A stretch of DNA of 27,547 bases from Alphaproteobacteria bacterium (lineage in GTDB: Bacteria; Pseudomonadota; Alphaproteobacteria; CACIAM-22H2). Positions within the stretch are counted from its first letter, which is position 1, and each line of letters starts with the position of its first letter. Shown one piece after another: positions 9,250-17,999 of the stretch. The translations under genes and the position numbers were made by a program. Below the pieces are notes generated by a model that was given only the letters and a program-made list of their open reading frames with translations, did not search any database and was not told the origin of the DNA. The stretch is taken from NCBI GenBank assembly GCA_031403455.1, contig JANNTF010000037.1, positions 1 to 27,547 on the forward strand. Reading direction: 5' to 3'.

Positions 9250-12200
9250 ATGTCTCCGAGGCGTTCATCCGGCGTCCCGTCGCGACGACGTTGCTGACCC
9301 TCGGCCTGACGCTGGCCGGCGCGGTCGCCTTCTTCCTGTTGCCCGTCTCGCCGCTGCCCAAGGTGGACTACCCGACCATCTCGGTCGCCGCGCATATGCC
9401 CGGCGCGAGCCCCGAGACGATGGCGACGAGCGTGGCGACGCCGCTCGAGCGGCATCTCGGGCAGATCGCGGGCGTCACCGAAATGACCTCGTCGAGCACG
9501 CTCGGATCGACCCGCGTGACGCTGCAATTCGATCTCGCGCGCGACATCGACGGCGCGGCACGCGATGTCCAGGCGGCGATCAACGCCTCCCGCGCGGATC
9601 TGCCCGCGAGCCTGCGCAGCAATCCGACCTACCGCAAGGTGAACCCGGCCGACGCGCCGGTCCTCATCGTGGCCTTGACCTCGCGGACGCTGGCGCAGGG
9701 CCAGATCTACGATGCGGCGACGACGATCCTCGAACAGCGACTCTCGCAGATCGAGGGCGTCGGGCAGGTCAATCTCGGCGGCAGCTCGCTGCCTGCGGTG
9801 CGCGTCGAGATCAATCCCCGCGCCTTGTTCAAGTATCGGATCGGACTCGAGGACGTGCGCGCGGCGATCGCCGCGGCGAACGCCAACACGCCCAAGGGCG
9901 TCATCGAGGAAGGGCCGCGGCGCTATCAGATCTACACCAACGACCAGGCAAGCCGCGCCGACGAATATCGCTCGCTGATCGTGGCGCAGCGCAACGGCGC
10001 GCCGGTCCGTCTCTCGGACATCGCGGAGATCGTCGACTCGGTCGAGAATCTGCGCAACCGCGGCGTCGCCAATGGCCGACCCTCCGTGCTCGTCCTGATC
10101 TACCGGCAGCCCGGCGCGAACATCATCGAGACCGTGGATCGCGTGAAGGCGGCCTTGCGCGAGATCGAGGCGTCGATGCCGTCCGATATCGACATGACGC
10201 TGGCCGTCGACCGCACCACCACGATCCGCGCTTCACTGCGCGAGGTGGAGCGCGCGTTGCTGCTCTCGGTCGTGCTGGTGATCGCGGTCGTGTTCCTGTT
10301 CCTGCGCGATGCGCGCGCGGCGCTGATTCCCAGCGTCGTGGTCCCGGTCTCCCTGATCGGGACGTTCGGCGCGATGTACCTGCTCGGCTACAGCCTCAAT
10401 AATCTTTCGCTGATGGCGCTCGCGATCGCCACCGGCTTCGTGGTCGACGACGCCGTCGTGGTGCTGGAGAACGTCTCGCGCCACGTCGAGGCCGGGCTGT
10501 CGCGCATGGAGGCCGCCTTGCGCGGCGCGCGCGAGGTCGGGTTCACGGTGCTGTCGATGAGCCTGTCGCTGATCGCCGTCTTCATTCCGATCCTGCTGAT
10601 GGGCGGCATCGTCGGCCGGCTGTTTCGCGAGTTCGCCGTCACGCTGTCGGTGGCGATCCTGATCTCGCTCGTGGTGTCGCTGACGACGACGCCGATGCTC
10701 TGCGCGCATCTCCTGTCGTCCGGCCCGCCGCGCCCACCGGGGCGCATCGGGCGCGTGATGGAGCGCGGCTTCGCGGCGTTGCGCGCCGGTTACGGCCGGA
10801 GCCTCGCCTTCGTGCTGCGGCACGGCGTGCTCGTGCTCCTCGCGCTGGCCGCAATCCTCGCGCTCAACTTCCACCTCTATGTCACCATTCCCAAGGGCTT
10901 CTTCCCGCAGCAGGACACCGGCCGCATGGTCGGCGGCATCCAGGCCGATCAGGGCATCTCGTTCCAGCTGATGCAGCAGAAGCTCGGGCAGTTCACGACG
11001 ATCCTGCAGTCGGATCCGGCGATCGACAGCGTCGTGGGATTCACCGGCGGCGGTCAGACCAATTCGGGCTTCTTCTTCATTTCGCTCAAGAGCATCGCGG
11101 AACGCAAGATCTCCGCCGATCAGGTCATCGCGAGACTGCGCGTGCGGCTCGCCACCGTCGCCGGCGCACGGCTCTTTCTGCAGCCGGTCCAGGACATCCG
11201 CATCGGCGGGCGACAGAGCAATGCGCAGTTCCAATACACGCTGCAAGGGGACGACCTCGCCGAGTTGCTGGTCTGGGCGCCGCGCATCGCCGAGGCGCTG
11301 CAATCCGTGCCCGAACTCGTCGACGTCAATTCGGACCAGCAGGATCGCGGCCTGCAGACGGATCTGGTGATCGATCGCGAGGCGGTCGCGCGCTACGGGC
11401 TCACGATGAGTCAGATCGACAATACGCTCTACGACGCGTTCGGCCAGCGGCAGGTCTCGACGATCTATACGCCGCTCAACCAGTATCACGTGGTGATGGA
11501 GGTCGCGCCGGAGTTCTGGCAATCGCCCGACACGCTGCGTGAGATCCATATCAGCACGACCGGCGGGGCGGTCGGCGGCACGCAAGGCACCAATGCCGCC
11601 GCTGGCACGGTGACCAGCACGAACACGACGCAAACGGACCCGAGCGCCGACACCGCACGCAACCGCGCGGCAAATCTGCTCGCCAATCGCGGCCGCGCGG
11701 GGGCTTCCACCGGCGCCGCGGTGAGCACCCGCGCGGCGACCATGATCCCGCTCTCCGCGGTCGCGCAATGGGGTCCGGGCCGTGCGCCCCTCGGCGTCTA
11801 TCACCAGGGGCCGTTCGTCGCCGCCACGATCTCTTTCGCCGTCCCGCCCGGCGTGTCGCTCAGCGCGGCGGTCGGCGCCATCGAGGCGGTGATGAATCGC
11901 ATCGGCGTGCCGACCTCGATCCATGGCAGCTTCCAGGGTACGGCGCGCGCCTTCCAGCGCTCACTGGACTCGCAGCCCCTCCTGATCCTCGCCGCGATCG
12001 TCGCGGTCTACATCGTGCTCGGCCTGCTCTACGAGAGCTTCATCCATCCGCTGACGATCCTGTCGACCCTGCCATCCGCAGGTGTCGGCGCCCTGCTCGC
12101 CTTGATGCTGTGCGACACCGAATTCTCGATCATCGCCCTGATCGGCGTCATTCTGCTGATCGGGATCGTCAAGAAGAACGCGATCATGATGATCGATTTC

Positions 12201-12515
12201 GCGCTCGATGCGCAGCGCACCCGTGGCATGGCGCCGGCCGAGGCGATCCGCGAGGCCTGCGTGCTGCGCTTCCGCCCGATCATGATGACGACGCTGGCCG
12301 CGCTGATGGGGGCGTTGCCGATCGCGATGGGTCTGGGTGCCGGGGCTGAGTTGCGCCAGCCGCTCGGCCTGGCGGTGGTGGGCGGCCTGGTGTTCTCGCA
12401 GGCAATCACGCTCTACATCACGCCGGTGATCTATCTCGCACTCGACCGTTTCAGCGGCAAGGGCCCGGTCACGACGCCCGAAGGCGCTGCGCTCGCCACC
12501 GAAAAATCAGTGTAG
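9246..12515 (+). CDS. mdtC: RND efflux permease, MdtC/MuxC type (last about 100 aa may come from a different RND clade)
   Basis: ATGA overlap with the mdtB stop; [98 protein letters not shown]. Confidence 0.9.
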   Translation: MNVSEAFIRRPVATTLLTLGLTLAGAVAFFLLPVSPLPKVDYPTISVAAHMPGASPETMATSVATPLERHLGQIAGVTEMTSSSTLGSTRVTLQFDLARDIDGAARDVQAAINASRADLPASLRSNPTYRKVNPADAPVLIVALTSRTLAQGQIYDAATTILEQRLSQIEGVGQVNLGGSSLPAVRVEINPRALFKYRIGLEDVRAAIAAANANTPKGVIEEGPRRYQIYTNDQASRADEYRSLIVAQRNGAPVRLSDIAEIVDSVENLRNRGVANGRPSVLVLIYRQPGANIIETVDRVKAALREIEASMPSDIDMTLAVDRTTTIRASLREVERALLLSVVLVIAVVFLFLRDARAALIPSVVVPVSLIGTFGAMYLLGYSLNNLSLMALAIATGFVVDDAVVVLENVSRHVEAGLSRMEAALRGAREVGFTVLSMSLSLIAVFIPILLMGGIVGRLFREFAVTLSVAILISLVVSLTTTPMLCAHLLSSGPPRPPGRIGRVMERGFAALRAGYGRSLAFVLRHGVLVLLALAAILALNFHLYVTIPKGFFPQQDTGRMVGGIQADQGISFQLMQQKLGQFTTILQSDPAIDSVVGFTGGGQTNSGFFFISLKSIAERKISADQVIARLRVRLATVAGARLFLQPVQDIRIGGRQSNAQFQYTLQGDDLAELLVWAPRIAEALQSVPELVDVNSDQQDRGLQTDLVIDREAVARYGLTMSQIDNTLYDAFGQRQVSTIYTPLNQYHVVMEVAPEFWQSPDTLREIHISTTGGAVGGTQGTNAAAGTVTSTNTTQTDPSADTARNRAANLLANRGRAGASTGAAVSTRAATMIPLSAVAQWGPGRAPLGVYHQGPFVAATISFAVPPGVSLSAAVGAIEAVMNRIGVPTSIHGSFQGTARAFQRSLDSQPLLILAAIVAVYIVLGLLYESFIHPLTILSTLPSAGVGALLALMLCDTEFSIIALIGVILLIGIVKKNAIMMIDFALDAQRTRGMAPAEAIREACVLRFRPIMMTTLAALMGALPIAMGLGAGAELRQPLGLAVVGGLVFSQAITLYITPVIYLALDRFSGKGPVTTPEGAALATEKSV

Positions 12516-13028
12516 GTGCGTGCCGCCGGGCGCGGTGTTCATCACTGTGAACACCGGCTGGTCGACGGTGCTGGCTTCGATCTCGGTTTCGGACGCCTCT
12601 CGCACATCGCGCACGACCAGATCCAGGCGCAGCGCGATGCCGGCGAGCGGGTGATTGCCGTCGAGCACCACGTGGCTTTCGTAGACCTCGGTCACGGTGT
12701 AGGCCAGGTCGGTTGGCATGCCCTGCGTGGTGGCGCCTTCAGGCACGCCGTCGAACTGCATGCCGATCTCGATCTCATCGGGAAACAGCGAGCGTTCCTC
12801 GAAGAAGACGAGTGCGGAATCGTAGTCGCCGAACGCGTGCTCGGGCTCGAGGTGCAAGGCCGCCTCGAAGCCGGTGGTCTGGCCGATCAGGGCCTCTTCG
12901 ACGCGGGCGAGCAGGTCGTCGCCACCGACGAAAAATTCGACCGGGTCTTCAAGTTCGTCGATGGCATTGCCTTGGGCATCTTGAAGTCGCCAGGTCAGGC
13001 TGACGACGCATGGAACGGTGATGAGCAT
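12507..13028 (-). CDS. slyD: FKBP-type peptidyl-prolyl cis-trans isomerase, SlyD-like, without His-rich tail
   Basis: [46 protein letters not shown]. Start placed at [11 protein letters not shown] (ATG 13028). Confidence 0.85.
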   Translation of the reverse strand: MLITVPCVVSLTWRLQDAQGNAIDELEDPVEFFVGGDDLLARVEEALIGQTTGFEAALHLEPEHAFGDYDSALVFFEERSLFPDEIEIGMQFDGVPEGATTQGMPTDLAYTVTEVYESHVVLDGNHPLAGIALRLDLVVRDVREASETEIEASTVDQPVFTVMNTAPGGTHLH

Positions 13029-13053
13029 CACAAGATCATCGCACAATCACTCC

Positions 13054-14196
13054 ATGGACATCACTCGAGCCACGCCCCTGCTCGGCGGTATTTCACCGCA
13101 GACTTTCATGCGCCGGCACTGGCAAAAAAAGCCGCTGCTGATCCGCCAGGCCGTACCCGGCGGGCTGGTACTTCTGAGCCGTGCGGAACTGTTCGAACTG
13201 GCCGCGCGTGACGATGTCGAGTCGCGTCTGATCGTGCGCGCCGCTGGCGCCTGGTCGATGCGCCACGGGCCGTTCAAACGCCGCGCGATCCCGAGCCTCA
13301 AGAGCAGCGGCTGGACTTTGCTGGTTCAGGGCCTGGACCTGCATGTCGGCGCCGCGCACGCGCTGCTGCAGCGTTTTCGCTTCGTGCCCGACGCGCGGCT
13401 CGACGACCTGATGCTGTCGTATGCGAGTGACGGCGGCGGTGTCGGCCCGCACCTCGATTCCTACGACGTGTTCCTGCTGCAGGTGCAGGGCCGGCGGCGC
13501 TGGCGCATCGGCCGCGCCCGCGACAAGACCTGGGTGCCCGACGTGCCGCTGAAGATCCTGGCCCACTTCGAACCCGAGCATGAATGGCTGCTCGAACCGG
13601 GCGACATGCTCTACCTGCCGCCCGGCTGGGCCCACGACGGCGTGGCCGACGGCGAGTGCCTGACCGCGTCGATCGGCTTTCGCGCGCCGGGCCGCGACCA
13701 GCTCGGCCGCGAACTGTTGCAGCGCCTGCTCGACGATGCCGAGGCGGTGTCGGAAGAGGTGTTGTACCGCGACCCGAAACAGGCGGCGACAAGCCAACCC
13801 GGGCGCATCCCGGCCGAACTGCGTGCTTTTGCGCTCGACGCGATGGCCCGCGCGCTCGCCGACGAACAAGGCCTCGACTGCACGCTGGGCGAAGTGCTCA
13901 GCGAGCCCAAACCCGGCGTCTGGTTCGACCCGGCGGTGGCTGCGGCGGGTGCGCAGGGCGTGTCGCTCGACCGCCGCACCCGCATGCTCTACGACACGCG
14001 TCACGTGTTCATCAACGGCGAGTCTTTTCGAGCCGGCGGGCGCGACGCAAAATTGATGCACCGTCTCGCCGATCGCAGAAGCCTGAGCGCCGCAGAACAT
14101 GGTCTGCTGAGTACCGAGGCGCGCGCGCTGCTCGAGGGCTGGTCCCATGACGGCTGGTTGCATGCCGGCGCCGCAACGAACGAAGGAGAAGCCTGA
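13054..14196 (+). CDS. roxA: JmjC/cupin 2-oxoglutarate oxygenase, RoxA/YcfD (ribosomal protein uL16 arginine hydroxylase) family
   Basis: WQKKPLLIR, WTLLVQ, RLDDLMLSYA.DGGGVGPHLDSYDVFLLQ (HxD), LEPGDMLYLPPGWAHDG (distal His), SIGFRAP. Confidence 0.85.
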   Translation: MDITRATPLLGGISPQTFMRRHWQKKPLLIRQAVPGGLVLLSRAELFELAARDDVESRLIVRAAGAWSMRHGPFKRRAIPSLKSSGWTLLVQGLDLHVGAAHALLQRFRFVPDARLDDLMLSYASDGGGVGPHLDSYDVFLLQVQGRRRWRIGRARDKTWVPDVPLKILAHFEPEHEWLLEPGDMLYLPPGWAHDGVADGECLTASIGFRAPGRDQLGRELLQRLLDDAEAVSEEVLYRDPKQAATSQPGRIPAELRAFALDAMARALADEQGLDCTLGEVLSEPKPGVWFDPAVAAAGAQGVSLDRRTRMLYDTRHVFINGESFRAGGRDAKLMHRLADRRSLSAAEHGLLSTEARALLEGWSHDGWLHAGAATNEGEA

Positions 14197-14681
14197 TGAA
14201 CGTGTCCGACGCCGTGATCACTTCACGCAGCGAGTTCCACACCGCCGTGCGAGATGCCTTCGCCGAAGCTGCCGGTGTGGGCTGTCGCGAACTGCTGCTC
14301 TGCGACCCTAGTTTCGCCGACTGGCCGTTGGGGGAGCGCGCCGTCGTGGAGCATCTCGCGCTGTGGGCCGCGTCGCACCGGCGCCTCACGCTGTTGGCCG
14401 AGGACTTCTCGGAGCTCGCAAGACGCCATCCGCGCTGGGTCGAGTGGCGCCAGACATGGGCGCATGTGGTGCACTGCCGCACCAACACCGAGCTCGAAGC
14501 CGGGCAGATGCCGACCATTCTGCTCGCGCCGGGCCTGTTGAGCGTGCGGCTGTCCGACGCACTTCACCACCGCGGCCAGCGCACTCACGAGGTTGCCGAA
14601 GGCCTGCGCTGCCGCGAGCTGTTTGATGCGGTTTTGCAACGGTCGGAAGAGGCCTTTCCGGCGTCGACGACCGGCCTCTAG
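14196..14681 (+). CDS. Hypothetical protein translationally coupled to roxA
   Basis: TGATG stop/start overlap, GGAG upstream, coding-like codon use, 161 aa globular alpha/beta pattern. Confidence 0.75.
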   Translation: MNVSDAVITSRSEFHTAVRDAFAEAAGVGCRELLLCDPSFADWPLGERAVVEHLALWAASHRRLTLLAEDFSELARRHPRWVEWRQTWAHVVHCRTNTELEAGQMPTILLAPGLLSVRLSDALHHRGQRTHEVAEGLRCRELFDAVLQRSEEAFPASTTGL

Positions 14682-14707
14682 GGAATCTCCCTAGAGCTGG
14701 CTATAAT
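14676..14707 (+). promoter_or_regulatory. Perfect palindrome CTCTAGGGA-ATC-TCCCTAGAG over the -35 position, followed by -10 TATAAT
   Basis: 9-bp inverted repeat at 14676-14696; consensus TATAAT at 14702-14707, upstream of the lipoprotein gene. Confidence 0.55.
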
Positions 14708-14828
14708 CGAAGGCTAGGCACAGGAAGCGCTCGATCTTTCCATGCCTGAGAACGTTGGGGCTCTGCGAAGGCTGGGGTTCCCACAATGACCGGTAATTGT
14801 TCGACCCTAATGATCTTTGAGGACACAC

Positions 14829-15173
14829 ATGAATAAGTCGCTTCTGCTTGCTTCCCTCGTCGCCGCTGTTGCTCTTGCCGCTTGCGGCAAGAAGGAAGAG
14901 GCTCCCGCTGCTGCTGCAGCTTCGGCCGCTGCTGCGCCGATGGTGGCTGCCGCTGCTTCGGCCGCTGCCAGCGCTGTTGACACCGCCGCTTCGGCTGCCA
15001 TGGCTGCCGCTTCTGGTGCGATGGGCGCCGCTTCCGCCGGCACCGCGATGGCCGCCGATGCCATGAAGGATGCTGCTGGCAAGGCTGCCGATGCTGCCAA
15101 GGACGCTGCTGGCAAGGCTGCCGACGCTGCCAAGGACGCCGCGGGCAAGGCTGCCGACGCTGTCAAGAAGTAA
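14829..15173 (+). CDS. Small Ala/Lys/Asp-rich lipoprotein with 11-aa repeats
   Basis: MNKSLLLASLVAAVALAA-C lipobox, GAGG SD, many GCT codons (high-expression style), followed by a terminator. Confidence 0.85.
   Translation: MNKSLLLASLVAAVALAACGKKEEAPAAAAASAAAAPMVAAAASAAASAVDTAASAAMAAASGAMGAASAGTAMAADAMKDAAGKAADAAKDAAGKAADAAKDAAGKAADAVKK
15066..15164 (+). repeat. 3 x 33-bp tandem repeat encoding KDAAGKAADA(A/V)
   Basis: Units at 15066-15098, 15099-15131 and 15132-15164 differ mostly at synonymous positions. Confidence 0.92.
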
Positions 15174-15191
15174 ATCGGCTCACGCCGGTTG

Positions 15192-15221
15192 CGAAAAAGC
15201 CGCCTTCGGGCGGCTTTTTCG
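15192..15221. terminator. Bidirectional rho-independent terminator
   Basis: CGAAAAAGCCGCC-TTCG-GGCGGCTTTTTCG: perfect 13-bp stem, C(UUCG)G loop, U-tracts on both strands, between convergent genes. Confidence 0.93.
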
Positions 15222-15246
15222 TTCTTGCAGTTCTCGAGCGCAGTTC

Positions 15247-15960
15247 TCAAGCGTCGCTCTGTTGCGGCGATCTGTCGGGCGGCCCGTCACTCCGCACCTG
15301 GTACGCACCCAACATGATCAACAGGGGCAGGCAGGCCTCGAGCGTTTCCTCCATCGTCTGCGCCCAGACGGCCGCAGACAGCGGGAGCACGATCCGAAAG
15401 TCTTCCACCAGTACGCCGACGCCCCGGTCGAATGTCTTGGACGCCACCCCGATCAGGAAGAACATCAGGACCGTGATGGCCAGGGGACGTGCCTGTTTCA
15501 GAGCCCGCAGCAACGGCCCGGCGTGTCGCACGGTCAGGTAGCCCATCGCCAGCACGAACAGGCCAATGACTGCGAGCGCGACCAACTTCGTCTGCAGCGG
15601 GGCGTGGCCGTAGTAATACGACACCCGCAGCAAGCTGTCGTTGGCGTCGGTGCGGTGCAGATCGAGTTCGCGCGCGACCAGCCCAGCACTGCCGATCACG
15701 AGTGCCGCCGGTGTCTTCCAGCCCGATCCGGACCCTGCCGCGACCAGAACAGCGGCCATGGCAAAGCCGTAAAGAACGGCGGTCGCATTTTCCACCGGGC
15801 CGCCTTCGGCCACGAACGCCGCGACACTGTTAGCCGGCAAGGCGGCCCAGGCGAGCGTGGCCACCACGATGGTCACCACCGGCAACCAGAGCGAAACGAA
15901 CGGCCCCCGCAGGAAGGCCGAAGCCCGCGGCCGTGAGGGGTTGGATGGATCGTGATTCAT
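15247..15960 (-). CDS. Hypothetical integral membrane protein (about 6 TM)
   Basis: Repeated hydrophobic segments with intramembrane acidic residues (EGGPVEN, ARELD, MEETLE); codon use consistent with coding. Confidence 0.72.
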   Translation of the reverse strand: MNHDPSNPSRPRASAFLRGPFVSLWLPVVTIVVATLAWAALPANSVAAFVAEGGPVENATAVLYGFAMAAVLVAAGSGSGWKTPAALVIGSAGLVARELDLHRTDANDSLLRVSYYYGHAPLQTKLVALAVIGLFVLAMGYLTVRHAGPLLRALKQARPLAITVLMFFLIGVASKTFDRGVGVLVEDFRIVLPLSAAVWAQTMEETLEACLPLLIMLGAYQVRSDGPPDRSPQQSDA

Positions 15961-16049
15961 GGGTTGCTGCCAAGGGCAGTATCGACGGCGAATGCGAACG
16001 TATCGCAGCGCACTCTACAGCGTCAGATGGTTCGCGCCGCCCCGGACCT

Positions 16050-16826
16050 TCAGCACACGTCGAGCCAGCCGAAGCCCAGCGCCGGATCGGCCACGACGAT
16101 GTCGTTCGGCAGTGCGCCGCAAGCCTGCGCGAGCGCGGCGCGCGCCAGGTCGGGCCGGTTGTTTTGGCCACTCAGGTGCGCCGCCACCAGGTGGCGCAGG
16201 CCGCTGTGGAGGCAGGCGCGCAGGATCTCTGCGGCCGTGTCATTCGACAGGTGACCGTAGCGCCCGCCGATGCGCGCTTTCAGCGACGCCGGGTAACGCG
16301 ACTGCTCCAGCATGTCGCGGTCGTGGTTGCATTCCAGCAGCAGCGCGTCGCAGCCTTGCAGGTTCTCGAGCAGATGCGGCGTGATCGATCCGACGTCGGT
16401 CAGCACACCCAGGTGGTGGGCACCATCCGATATCCGAAGTTGCAGGGGCTCCTGCGCGTCATGGGCCACTGTATAGGGGTTGAGTATCAGGTCAGCAACG
16501 ACGATCGCCTGGCCGTCGCGCGCGAATTGCAACAGCCCTTCCATGTCGGGCTCGCCGATGGCCCGCCAGGTGCCGCGGCTCATCCACAGCGGCAGGCCGT
16601 GGCGGCGCGACAGCGTCATCGCACAGCCGACGTGGTCGCCGTGTTCGTGGGTGATGAACACCGCGTCGAGGTCCTGGCTGGACAGGCCGGCGCGGGCCAG
16701 GCGGGTTTCGAGCTCGCGGGCCGAAAAACCACAGTCGATCAACAGCCGGCTTGTGCGCGAGCCGCTGGTGGTCTCGACCACGGTGGCGTTGCCACCGCTG
16801 CCGCTGCCCAGGCTGCAAAAACGCAT
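16050..16826 (-). CDS. MBL-fold metallo-hydrolase, YycJ/WalJ-like
   Basis: SLGSGSGGN, LLIDCG, THEHGDH (HxHxDH), HDAQEP, TDVG, LECNHD, GHLSN, AHLS..NN. Confidence 0.92.
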   Translation of the reverse strand: MRFCSLGSGSGGNATVVETTSGSRTSRLLIDCGFSARELETRLARAGLSSQDLDAVFITHEHGDHVGCAMTLSRRHGLPLWMSRGTWRAIGEPDMEGLLQFARDGQAIVVADLILNPYTVAHDAQEPLQLRISDGAHHLGVLTDVGSITPHLLENLQGCDALLLECNHDRDMLEQSRYPASLKARIGGRYGHLSNDTAAEILRACLHSGLRHLVAAHLSGQNNRPDLARAALAQACGALPNDIVVADPALGFGWLDVC

Positions 16827-16850
16827 GGCCGGGCGAGCGCCGAACGCCCG

Positions 16851-17999
16851 CTACTTCAGTTCTTCGAGCAGGGTGGCGGCGATGCGTTTTCCGGCTTCGC
16901 TGTTCTCGGGGGCGCCTTGCCCGTCGAGCACGCTGACGACACTGCGTTCGCCCGAACTCTTGACCGAAACGCGGTACTTGGCCGGGCCACTGTCGTTTTT
17001 ATCCAGCCCAAACAGCTTGGCGAAGAAACCGGGTTCTTCCTTGCCCATGTTGGCGGGGTCGACGTAGCGCACGAAGTACAGGCCCTGCGTGCGGTCACGG
17101 TCTTCGACCGTGAAGCCGCTGCGGTCGAGTGCCACGCCGACACGGCGCCACGCGCGGTCGAAGCCGTCGTCGACCTGCAACGTCACTGCTGTCTGGCCCT
17201 CGACGATGCGCGCGCGCGCAGGCGCACCGGTGGCAGCCGGAGAAATGCCCGCAGCCTTCGCGGCTTCTTCCTGAGCGCCGAGCTTGAGCATCAGGCGCGA
17301 GAGGAATTCGCCTTCGAGTTGTGGCTCGGCCGGGCGTGGTTGCCAGATCGTGTTTTCCTTGCTCTGGCCAGTGACGACTTCGATCATTCCGCGGTGGGTG
17401 ATGTAGATCTCGGTGCCGGCGCCGTTGCGCTCGATGCGGGTGCGGAACTTGTCGCGCTCGCCGGTCGAGTACAGACCGTCGAGCACCTTGCCGATTGATG
17501 AGCGAATGAAGTCTTGCGGAAGCTTGGCGCGGTTTTCGGCCCAGTCGGTTTCCATCACGCCGGCCTTCGGCTCGTCGGTGGCGAGCCTGAAGCCACGTTC
17601 TTTCCAGAACGCCTGGAGCTGCGGCCAGAGTTGTTCTGGCGTCAGGCTGCTGCTTAACCAGCGCTCGTTGCCGAGCCGTTCGATGCGCATATCACCAATG
17701 GCTTGCGGCGCGATCGTGACCGGCACCGAAGCCGCGGCTGCCGGTGCCGCGGCGGACGCAGCGGTCTGGTATGACGCTGCACTCACCGCCGCACCCTGCG
17801 TTTGCTGGTAGCGCGAGTCGCGGGTCAGTTGTGTCAGGTCCGGCGGCACGTCAAGGCCGGCGGTCTTTTCACCTTTGCTGCGGTAGTCGATCTTGTCGCC
17901 ACTGAGCGTGTCGCCGACGACGGTACACCCGAACAACGACGACAGTGTGGTGGCCAGCACGAGGCCGCGCAGCGAAACGATGGAAAGGGAACGGCTCAA
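16851..17999 (-). CDS. bamC: Outer membrane protein assembly factor BamC (NlpB/DapX) lipoprotein
   Basis: TTG start at 17999 with GGAGA SD; lipobox SLFG-C; KIDY, LDVPPDLT, GVMETDWAENRAK, TGERDKFRTRIER, FDRAWRRVG.ALDR..FTVEDRDR; directly downstream of dapA. Confidence 0.92.
   Translation of the reverse strand: MSRSLSIVSLRGLVLATTLSSLFGCTVVGDTLSGDKIDYRSKGEKTAGLDVPPDLTQLTRDSRYQQTQGAAVSAASYQTAASAAAPAAAASVPVTIAPQAIGDMRIERLGNERWLSSSLTPEQLWPQLQAFWKERGFRLATDEPKAGVMETDWAENRAKLPQDFIRSSIGKVLDGLYSTGERDKFRTRIERNGAGTEIYITHRGMIEVVTGQSKENTIWQPRPAEPQLEGEFLSRLMLKLGAQEEAAKAAGISPAATGAPARARIVEGQTAVTLQVDDGFDRAWRRVGVALDRSGFTVEDRDRTQGLYFVRYVDPANMGKEEPGFFAKLFGLDKNDSGPAKYRVSVKSSGERSVVSVLDGQGAPENSEAGKRIAATLLEELK

Noticed and set aside
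10233-11924. 563-aa minus-strand ORF and 9221..10402 plus-strand alternative frame
   Set aside because: Fully overlap mdtC; Arg/Ala/Gly-rich off-frame composition.
12507-12560. Missing His-rich tail of SlyD
   Set aside because: Short SlyD-like proteins without the metal-binding tail are common; not unusual.
15066-15164. 33-bp repeats as a CRISPR array
   Set aside because: No spacers, in-frame coding with synonymous variation, no cas genes.
14807-15250. 147-aa Ala-rich minus-strand ORF
   Set aside because: Mirror of the lipoprotein repeats; it crosses the terminator and has no signal features.
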